From positions 65,974 through 129,973 of IMG/VR virus record IMGVR_UViG_3300033075_000545: DNA of 64,000 nt. One strand, written 5' to 3'. The stretch's first letter is position 1, and each line of letters begins with the position of its first letter. Positions 29,264-36,534 of this stretch are shown in pieces. Source of the stretch: a virus. Lineage: Duplodnaviria; Caudoviricetes. The position numbers and the translations under genes were made by a program. Below the pieces are notes generated by a model. It had not been told where the DNA came from. It saw only the letters and a program-made list of their open reading frames with translations, and ran no database searches.

Positions 29264-31948
29264 GTGCCCCTGAACCCCGACATCGAACTCCAGGAGCACC
29301 AGAAGCGCGTTCGGCAGCAGGCAGAACAGGCCGCTGCAAGCGGCGATCCATATCGGGTGCTGTTGAACTGGGGAACAGGATCAGGCAAGTCTTTTGGGGC
29401 TTTGGGTATTGCCGACGCACTCGGTGGTCCCGCAACCATTATCGGCCCCGCGGCACTTCGTAATACACTCAAGGCCGAATCCCAACGGTTGTTGGGGCAC
29501 AACAATTATCCGGTGTACTCCTACAACGCCGCGGCGCGGGGAAAGGTTCCCGACGCCCAGACGTTGATTGTGGATGAGTCACAACGTCTTGGGTCTCCGT
29601 CGTCTGCACAAGCTCGTGCCGTTCAGGATCTAGCATCTCGGGCGAAGAACGTCGTGATGATGTCTGCAACTCCGGTCCGAAACAACCCGGCGGAGTTTGC
29701 ACCATTGTTATCAATCCTTAAGAACCAACCCATCTCCCACGAAGAGTTTGCTAAGAAGTACGTCGGTAATGAGGAAACGAAACCAGGGATTATTGGGAGG
29801 ATTTTGGGACGCCCCACACTGACCCGACCAGCGTTGGTCAACACGGATGAATTGAAGCGTCAACTTGCGGGTCACGTGGACGTGTTCAATCCGGAAACAC
29901 CACCGGTGAACGTCACCAACGAGCGAATCAACGTTGAGATGCCTCGACGTCAGGCGGAGCTGTACCGTGGACTCATTGGCAAGCTCCCGTGGGTGATCCG
30001 TCAGAAGCTGAAGATGCATTATCCGCTGACGGATAGCGAGATGATGAAGGCCAAGTCGTTCTTGAGCGGAGCCCGACAGTCGGCCTTGTCGGAGTTGCCG
30101 TACCAAGGACGAGAGAATCCCCTTAAGGCGTTCAATCGTAGTGGCAAGCTAACCACGGCGTACGGAGAGATGCAGAAGACTCTGGCTGACCCCAGGACCA
30201 AAGGGATCGTATATTCCAACTTTATTGGTGCCGGGCTGAAGCCCTATGCCGCAGCTTTGGAACGGGACAAGATTCCGCACGGGATCTTCCACGGCGGATT
30301 GTCAGATCAAGAGCGGAAGGCTCTGGTGGACAAGTTCAACCAGGACAAGTTGCGAGTTGCCCTTGTGGCACCGGCAGGTAGTGAGGGGATCTCATTGAAG
30401 GGTGTACAGAATACGCAGCTTCTAGACGAATACTGGAATGCGGCCAGGAACACCCAGGCTAAAGCTCGAGGTATCCGATTCGACTCACACACGCACCTTC
30501 CCGAAGACCTGCGAAACGTAAAGGTCCAGCAATTCGCGGCGAAGCTGCCGCTGACGTTGAAGGATAAACTTTTGTCGCGGATGGGTGTGAACCGCGACCG
30601 AAGCAAGGAGACTGTAGACGACTACCTGGAACACATGTCGCAGAAGAAAGACGAACTGAACAACCAGTTGATGGATGTGTTAGCGCAGGCATCACGAAAC
30701 AAGGGCGCCGCACTGATTGCGCATATCGGTGGAGTGTCCGGCGCAGGTAAAACGACGGTATTGTCACAACTACGGAAAACGTATCCGACGGTGATAACGA
30801 AAGATATAGATGAATTTGATGAGGACGCAAAAAAGAAACTAGGTCTTCCGTACGCCATCAAAGGGCCGCTAACCGACGACGTCCTTTCAGCGCTTACAAA
30901 CGAGAAGCAAAGACTGCTCAGTAAGTTCTTATCCACCAACGTTAAAAAGCCAGTCGTGACTGGGGGCATTCATTTTGAACAACGTGGAGGTGGTTACGCT
31001 TTGGATTTACCAGCTACGCATAAGTTAATGTTGGATACGAGCCCGTTGCGAGGGTCGTGGCGGGCTTATCATCGAGCGAGGAGGTCTACGGAGCCGAATT
31101 ACACATTGGGAGAGATTATTCGTCACTGGTATGAAAATAAGCACATCCAACGAGATTATAAGGATATGGGCTATGAAATTGTACCGCCACAAACAGTTAT
31201 TGCTCGTGTAGGAGATGCCCTCAAGACGGCCGCAACCGCGGTTATTGTGAAAGGTAATCCCAAGTTTATCGCGAATAATCCCCACGCAGATTCGTTTTAC
31301 AAGAAGTTGGAGAATCTGTTATCGATGTCAGGTTACGAAGTATCAACGGATCCAGGTGAGCCACTCACAGAGCCGGCGGCTGCGGATCTATGGTTGGGTC
31401 ACAGCCGCGGTGCCGATCGCTTGAGGTTCGCGCCTGCGGGAACGAAGACTGTTGCCGTGGGTTCGTCTATTTCGGGAGCTATAAATCACCCCGAAGACGA
31501 TGTACATACACCATTTCACCAGACGGGGCAGCTACCGCCAGAAGCACACTACAAGCTGACACCGGAGATGACTACAGCGATTGGCTCAGCGATTAAGCGA
31601 GCGTCAATCACGACACAGGACATTGTGATCTTTCAGAAGCTCTCCCAAATCGTCCCCACATTGGGCATCACTGAGAACATCATCGCAACGCCTTCAGGTG
31701 TGTATCCGGACATTGTGCTTCTAAAGGATGCGAAGCGATATTCAGATATGGGCGATTACGATAAGAAGACCGAGATCCTTCGGAATATGATGACCAAGCG
31801 TCCGATGGATTGGACGGTGGATTCACACCAGCCTCATACGGTAGGACTCACACATAGGACCGGTTTCAAGTTCCACATGCCCAGGAAGAACGTAATCGAT
31901 CTGATGCCAACTGCAGACCCTCTGCACGGACTGAATCTGGACGTCTAG
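29264..31948 (+). CDS. Multidomain protein: SNF2-like helicase, P-loop kinase, GHSxG domain and C-terminal domain
   Basis: GTGSGKS, IVDESQ, MSATPVRN, AGSEGISLK, QAKARGIR; then GGVSGAGKTT; then LGHSRG. Confidence 0.8.
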   Translation: MPLNPDIELQEHQKRVRQQAEQAAASGDPYRVLLNWGTGSGKSFGALGIADALGGPATIIGPAALRNTLKAESQRLLGHNNYPVYSYNAAARGKVPDAQTLIVDESQRLGSPSSAQARAVQDLASRAKNVVMMSATPVRNNPAEFAPLLSILKNQPISHEEFAKKYVGNEETKPGIIGRILGRPTLTRPALVNTDELKRQLAGHVDVFNPETPPVNVTNERINVEMPRRQAELYRGLIGKLPWVIRQKLKMHYPLTDSEMMKAKSFLSGARQSALSELPYQGRENPLKAFNRSGKLTTAYGEMQKTLADPRTKGIVYSNFIGAGLKPYAAALERDKIPHGIFHGGLSDQERKALVDKFNQDKLRVALVAPAGSEGISLKGVQNTQLLDEYWNAARNTQAKARGIRFDSHTHLPEDLRNVKVQQFAAKLPLTLKDKLLSRMGVNRDRSKETVDDYLEHMSQKKDELNNQLMDVLAQASRNKGAALIAHIGGVSGAGKTTVLSQLRKTYPTVITKDIDEFDEDAKKKLGLPYAIKGPLTDDVLSALTNEKQRLLSKFLSTNVKKPVVTGGIHFEQRGGGYALDLPATHKLMLDTSPLRGSWRAYHRARRSTEPNYTLGEIIRHWYENKHIQRDYKDMGYEIVPPQTVIARVGDALKTAATAVIVKGNPKFIANNPHADSFYKKLENLLSMSGYEVSTDPGEPLTEPAAADLWLGHSRGADRLRFAPAGTKTVAVGSSISGAINHPEDDVHTPFHQTGQLPPEAHYKLTPEMTTAIGSAIKRASITTQDIVIFQKLSQIVPTLGITENIIATPSGVYPDIVLLKDAKRYSDMGDYDKKTEILRNMMTKRPMDWTVDSHQPHTVGLTHRTGFKFHMPRKNVIDLMPTADPLHGLNLDV

Positions 31949-31965
31949 GCTGGCACTATTGTTTG
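31932..31965 (+). promoter_or_regulatory. Conserved promoter-like motif, copy 3
   Basis: TGAA-N16-GGCA-CT-ATT-GT-TTG. Confidence 0.55.
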
Positions 31966-32016
31966 GAGAGGGAATGCCGCACCGACCTAACTGGTTGGCA
32001 ATACCCGGATGAGACC

Positions 32017-32050
32017 TAAATTCGCCCCGTTTGGCTGGCAGCATTGTTTG
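32017..32050 (+). promoter_or_regulatory. Conserved promoter-like motif, copy 4
   Basis: TAAA-N16-GGCA-GC-ATT-GT-TTG. Confidence 0.65.
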
Positions 32051-32094
32051 AGAGGGAGCCCCATATCGGACTCCACAAACAACGAGGCTTGACC

Positions 32095-32583
32095 ATGAAG
32101 AAGTCCCTTGCGATCAGTACGTTGATTTTGGTTGCAGTGTCCGCGGTGCTTGTCGCGGACACGGACCCTCGAAACCGCCGGACCCGTCAAGAGACTAGGG
32201 CCCAGGCGATGCTGGTCCAGTCCGAAGACACCCACAATTACGCGTTGATGCAGCAATGGAACGCTGTGGACAAGAAGGTGAACGGGCATGGCGGGGTGTT
32301 CCCGTGGCGGGAACTGGACAAGTTCCCGCTAGTGGATGACGTCGTCGGCCGTAACCGACTTATCACGACTATGGTTACGTTTTGCGAAGAAAACCAAGAG
32401 CTTCTTGCCACGCAAGGCAAGAACATGATCGTCCACACGTCTCGGAGTGTTGACGCTGATGGGAAAGTAGTGCGGTTCACGCTTAATACGCTCCCGGATG
32501 TGTTAGAGACGCTGGCGCTAAGCGCCGGGGACGTGGATCGTGCCGCGCTTTTGGCGGCTAAAAAACACATCGACGGTCGGTGA
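32095..32583 (+). CDS. Signal-peptide-bearing hypothetical protein (paralog of 32663..33235)
   Basis: MKKSLAISTLILVAVSAVLVA; WNAVDKK..F.W..LDKFPL..F.EEN. Confidence 0.7.
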   Translation: MKKSLAISTLILVAVSAVLVADTDPRNRRTRQETRAQAMLVQSEDTHNYALMQQWNAVDKKVNGHGGVFPWRELDKFPLVDDVVGRNRLITTMVTFCEENQELLATQGKNMIVHTSRSVDADGKVVRFTLNTLPDVLETLALSAGDVDRAALLAAKKHIDGR

Positions 32584-32601
32584 CAGTTTGGAGGTTGGTT
32601 C

Positions 32602-32637
32602 GAGCACCCGGTATGTTGCCGGGTGCTTATTTCGTTT
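32602..32637 (+). terminator. Intrinsic terminator
   Basis: GAGCACCCGGTA-tgt-TGCCGGGTGCTT followed by a T-rich tract. Confidence 0.6.
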
Positions 32638-32662
32638 GTAACCAGATTCATGGAGAAAAGTT

Positions 32663-33235
32663 ATGAACTCGAAGGTACTCGTTCTGGGACTCGCAGTGGT
32701 GGCCGTTGCGGCGTATCTGACATTTGGTCGGGTGAGCCCTCCGGTGCAGATTCATCAGGACGCGACGGATCTCGAACCGACGACAGTCGGTAAAGTCCAC
32801 GATGAGATGTCTGCAGTCCCGCCGATGTCTGACAAAGTGATGACAAGCGAACAAGAGGTCATGGCGAGGTGGAACGCCGCGGACAAGAAAGCGTTTTTCG
32901 GGTCGCATTCTCAATTTAAGTGGACACGATTCGACCAGTTTCCGCTGCCGGCCAGCGTGGACACGCAAAAGATGTTCGTCCGTACATTGGTCCAATTCGT
33001 GTCTGAAAACTACGACTGGCTGGTGCTGTACAAGCAGCTCGACTTCGTCTTGGTCTGGAACTACGGCCGCGGGCCGGACGAAAAGTATCGCGTCACTCAG
33101 TTTGGGACGTTGGCGCAGATCGTTGATCAATTCGCCAACTGGCAGGTGAAGTGGTGGCACGTCAACGGACAGAATCTGGACCAGGCTTATCGTGATGAAC
33201 TGGTGCGGCTCAATGAAAAGATCAAGAGCCGCTGA
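32663..33235 (+). CDS. Membrane-anchored hypothetical protein (paralog of 32095..32583)
   Basis: N-terminal hydrophobic segment; WNAADKK..F.W..FDQFPL..F.SEN. Confidence 0.7.
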   Translation: MNSKVLVLGLAVVAVAAYLTFGRVSPPVQIHQDATDLEPTTVGKVHDEMSAVPPMSDKVMTSEQEVMARWNAADKKAFFGSHSQFKWTRFDQFPLPASVDTQKMFVRTLVQFVSENYDWLVLYKQLDFVLVWNYGRGPDEKYRVTQFGTLAQIVDQFANWQVKWWHVNGQNLDQAYRDELVRLNEKIKSR

Positions 33236-33268
33236 CTGTTTGCCGGCACGGATCGCCCCCGTGCCTGC

Positions 33269-33671
33269 GGTAATGTATTGGTTGTGTTCGGTCAGGTAAG
33301 GGTTTAGTCCTGTATGGGCACAGTAAAACTGAGAGTGGTATTGGCATAGTTTGGCAGTGCCTTGGTGTAGTAAAGCTGTGTCTAGGTACGGTAGCGTTGG
33401 ATGGCGTACTGTACTGTTGCGGTCATGTTACGTTCCATGTCGTTGTGGCCGTACCATGCATTGGTGAGGTGAGGCGGCGTCGTGTGCCGTTTTGGTGTCG
33501 CCGTGAGATGCGCAGTCAAGGTCCCGTATCGCCGAGCAACGGTTGGGTTTCGTTATGTGTGGCATGGGTAATGCGAAATGACCTTACGTAAGGGAACCGC
33601 CCCGTGTGGTTAGGGTGATGTGTACTAAGGTACTGTCTTGGTCTTGTCAGGTGCTACGAGGTTGCGGTTAC
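33269..33671 (+). repeat. Non-coding period-5 array G(GYNNN)n, 77 pentamers in 18 blocks
   Basis: Gap-free manual parse: 66/77 pentamers start GY, 74/77 have a pyrimidine at position 2, and a single G precedes each block. Confidence 0.88.
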
Positions 33672-33677
33672 ACACTG

Positions 33678-33741
33678 ATGCGGGCGTGGGATTCTGTGCA
33701 ATTCCTGGAACGAGGGCGGTTCGAATCCGTCCCGCTCGCAT
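33678..33741 (+). ncRNA. tRNA-like element (acceptor-like stem plus T-arm, no canonical D-arm or CCA)
   Basis: GCGGGCG/CGCTCGC stem; GGCGG-TTCGAAT-CCGTC T-arm; internal hairpin GGGATT/AATTCC. Confidence 0.55.
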
Positions 33742-34080
33742 GGCACGCAGTCCGTAAGGTCTAACAGACGGGGCGCCGGACAACGCTTTCGGTCTGTTTG
33801 GGTGGCTTGTTGTTGCCCAGCGTGCCAGTCATTTCACGTACAACGTCACCGGTCACTAGCGAGATCTGCGGCGATACGCCGTGGGGGGATTATGTGCCCG
33901 CCTTGCCTGTACTATGAAAAGTTTACACGCGCGAGCATCCAGGGATGAACTTGCGCGGAAACTGACATGGAAAAGACATAGTAAGTTGGGGCCGGTGGCG
34001 TTGATCTACGGGGTAGGCTGAAAGGCGTAAGCAGGGTGATTGTGCGAATCGACCGGCTTGGGGGTCCTTGTTGGGCCCCG
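33741..34080 (+). ncRNA. Cluster of predicted structured RNAs of unknown family
   Basis: Three-way junction TGGCACGC/GCGTGCCA (33741-33827), rod TACTATG/CATAGTA (33910-33983), GCCGGT/ACCGGC domain (33991-34057). No credible ORF. Confidence 0.4.
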
Positions 34081-34089
34081 CCCCGTTTT

Positions 34090-34165
34090 GCTCCCCTAGC
34101 TCAATTGGAAGAGCAGAGAATTCTAAATTCTTTGGTTTCGGGTTCGAACCCCGAGGGGAGTGCCA
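34090..34165 (+). tRNA. tRNA with CUA anticodon (amber suppressor)
   Basis: GCTCCCC/GGGGAGT-G-CCA; D arm GCTC/GAGC; anticodon arm GAGAA-TTCTAAA-TTCTT; T arm TCGGG-TTCGAAC-CCCGA. Confidence 0.88.
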
Positions 34166-34167
34166 AA

Positions 34168-34598
34168 TGTATGCGATCCGTTTCGTACATTCTCGGTTTG
34201 TTGCAGTAACAGACTCTTCTGAAACATTAATGGAGATGATGATGATTACGCTCAACGACTGTCGCCGAATCGAAGAAATCGACATGCGTGGTCCCGGATC
34301 GTGTCAGTGGCCCGATGAGCAGGTTACCCGCCGCGCTCGCCAGTGGGAGCAATGGGTCGCCCCGCTCCTCACGGGTCAGTCCGTGGATATCGGCGAGGAC
34401 ATGGGTTCGTGTCAGTGTGGGGACATCGACGCCCGACTGTGGCTCACGCCTGAGGGTGTGCTGTGGTGCCGCACGCAGGGCCGGCATCAGTGGCAGTGCT
34501 ACGACGGCCCTGCGTCAAGGTGTCAAGTATCCTATCGCGTCGGCGTGCGGGCGCGGCAGTACGCCGCAGCGTTGGAGGCTTGCACGGCGTGCGTTTGA
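34168..34598 (+). CDS. Hypothetical protein
   Basis: ORF directly after the tRNA; start uncertain. Confidence 0.5.
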
Positions 34599-34672
34599 CG
34601 AATACGCCCGGGGTTTTCCCGGGCGTCTGTCGCTGTTAAGCGGCAATTGTTTCTCAACCACAGGAGAGTACT

Positions 34673-34864
34673 ATGTTTAATGACAGGGATTTGGTTGGGC
34701 TGACGGAGGAAGCCGCCCGGGAGAAGGCGGCGAGCGAGAACGTGAAGATGCGGGTCCGATCCAGGGATGGGGTGGAGCAGGTGGGTACGTGCGATTTTCG
34801 TACGGACCGCCTTAACGTGAGTGTCAAGGATGGGATCGTCGATGCGGTCCAAGGTCGAGGCTGA
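34673..34864 (+). CDS. Small protease-inhibitor-like protein (I78 / potato inhibitor I-like)
   Basis: LVGLTEEAA..RV..DG..TCDFRTDRLNVSVKDGIV; strong SD AGGAG. Confidence 0.65.
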   Translation: MFNDRDLVGLTEEAAREKAASENVKMRVRSRDGVEQVGTCDFRTDRLNVSVKDGIVDAVQGRG

Positions 34865-34900
34865 TTCCAGATTTCACGGGGTACAGAGACGAGGTACAAA

Positions 34901-35242
34901 ATGCAACCGGTACTGGATAGTTGGAGCGTGGTCGTCAAGGAGTGGGCGGTTACCGACGCGAGGCCCCTTTTGGGGTCTGTTGGTCCGAAGTGGTTTCGGG
35001 TGGGGCGCGAAGGCATTTGGGTACGCCTCCAACCGGGGTTTTTGAAGTTTCTCATAGGGAAATTTTCCTCACCATGGGTGGACCACTTGTGGGTCGAGCG
35101 CCACTCGTGGGGCATTGAGCTGGTCTGCGAAGATCGTGATCGTGTGCGGCACGCTCAGAGTATTCGGTTCCGAGATGTGCCTGAAGATGTAGCGCACAAG
35201 TTGAACCTGATTCCGCAGGAGCGGAATCCGATGTGCGCCTGA
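34901..35242 (+). CDS. Hypothetical protein
   Basis: GAGG SD; followed by a terminator. Confidence 0.55.
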   Translation: MQPVLDSWSVVVKEWAVTDARPLLGSVGPKWFRVGREGIWVRLQPGFLKFLIGKFSSPWVDHLWVERHSWGIELVCEDRDRVRHAQSIRFRDVPEDVAHKLNLIPQERNPMCA

Positions 35243-35276
35243 GAGTCTCCCCCACCGTACGGGGGGACTTTCTTTA
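35242..35276 (+). terminator. Intrinsic terminator
   Basis: AGTCTCCC...GGGGGACT-TTCTTT. Confidence 0.6.
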
Positions 35277-35303
35277 GTTATCAAAAGTGGCTAAGATTGT
35301 GCG

Positions 35304-36053
35304 ATGGAGTACACACCACCTAGGGCATGGGTTGAGGTTCCCGGGGCCGTACGTGCGGGGCTCGTTAAGCCTTTCTACAAAAAGGCGGACGGGATCCCTG
35401 GACTTACGCATCTCGCAGATGTTGCGGGTTGGCGACCAGGTGAGATTAACGAGACATGGGGCGGTCCGAGAGTGTTGGCCAATCTTCTTATCGGTTCTGC
35501 ATTGGGATCCTTGGGTGGGTATGGTGTTGGGCGGCTTGCCGAGGAGTTCCTCCCTGAAGAGTATTTCACTCCTGGTGAGATGCGAAAACGGACGGCAATC
35601 CTGGGGGGCGCGCTCGGCGCTCTTCCAGCAGCGTGGCAGACGTACGACGTCCTCCGTCAATCGGACGGTGACATTGGGACCCTTACACAACCGTACCCGT
35701 TCAAAGAAGCCGCTGCAGACGACATGTTCGATCCCATCATTCCTCGGGATCACTTCAATGCTATGGTGATGGGTGATTTTCAGACCCCGATGAAGCTCCG
35801 CGCCGCAACGGCAGGTCTGGTCGAGGCGGCTTCGGCGGTACGGGGTACGGAGTTGGTGAGTCCGTTTGACGTAGCCCGTATTGCAGTTGGTGCGGGTTCA
35901 GGTTTGGTGAGTGGACTTATCGCTGGTAAAGCTTTAGGATTATTGGCTGGGTTAACACCACACGCCCAAAAACAGATGCAACAAGCGGGCATGTGGTCTG
36001 GGGTTATTAGAAACGTTGTCCCACAAGCGTTAGGACTTCCGTATGGCTATTGA
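35304..36053 (+). CDS. Putative virion protein with Gly-rich hydrophobic helices
   Basis: Glycine-zipper segments; KKA and KEA motifs. Confidence 0.6.
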   Translation: MEYTPPRAWVEVPGAVRAGLVKPFYKKADGIPGLTHLADVAGWRPGEINETWGGPRVLANLLIGSALGSLGGYGVGRLAEEFLPEEYFTPGEMRKRTAILGGALGALPAAWQTYDVLRQSDGDIGTLTQPYPFKEAAADDMFDPIIPRDHFNAMVMGDFQTPMKLRAATAGLVEAASAVRGTELVSPFDVARIAVGAGSGLVSGLIAGKALGLLAGLTPHAQKQMQQAGMWSGVIRNVVPQALGLPYGY

Positions 36054-36534
36054 GCGGGGCCCCCACTCGACAGAACCGGGTGAGCGGCGACAGTGTAAGG
36101 AGTGGACGATGTGGGCCGAGGACGGCATCGTCTTTTTGGAAGATCGTAAAGACGGTCACGTACATGTGTTGAGCTGTAAGCAATCTCTTGAGCAGCTCCA
36201 TAGCTATAAAGCCGAAGCTAGCGGTTGGGATAAAGAGAAACAGAACGTTGACACCCAGAAACGGGCTTACGCAATCGATTATCACGGGTACCTGACGCAC
36301 TTAATCCGCATTCTCGAAGCAACCGTTGAGGATGCGAAAAGGCAAGGAGACCCGAACGACCAGCAGATCCGTGAACGGAAGATGCGGTACTTCCTGCGGT
36401 CCAAGTACTCAGGTACAGGACTCGATTCCAACAAGGAGCTGACCGCGCTATTCGGTGCTAACCAGGACCCGATTGTATTCCGTCCGGATGTGCCATGGCT
36501 CGCGACCGACCCCCGGTTCAATAAGAAGTCCTAA
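36043..36534 (+). CDS. Hypothetical protein
   Basis: Overlapping start/stop junctions with both neighbours. Confidence 0.6.
   Translation: MAIERGPHSTEPGERRQCKEWTMWAEDGIVFLEDRKDGHVHVLSCKQSLEQLHSYKAEASGWDKEKQNVDTQKRAYAIDYHGYLTHLIRILEATVEDAKRQGDPNDQQIRERKMRYFLRSKYSGTGLDSNKELTALFGANQDPIVFRPDVPWLATDPRFNKKS

Noticed and set aside
33269-33671. CRISPR array, or the 64-aa ORF 33397..33591, as the explanation of the repeat region
   Set aside because: There are no identical 23-47 bp direct repeats and no cas genes. The ORF lacks an SD, covers only half of the array, and period 5 with +1 shifts does not fit codon structure.
33678-34080. tmRNA (including two-piece), hammerhead ribozyme or SAM riboswitch
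   Set aside because: The T-arm is not followed by an Ala acceptor end with CCA, there is no tag ORF, and the CUGANGA/GAAA and SAM-I cores are incomplete.
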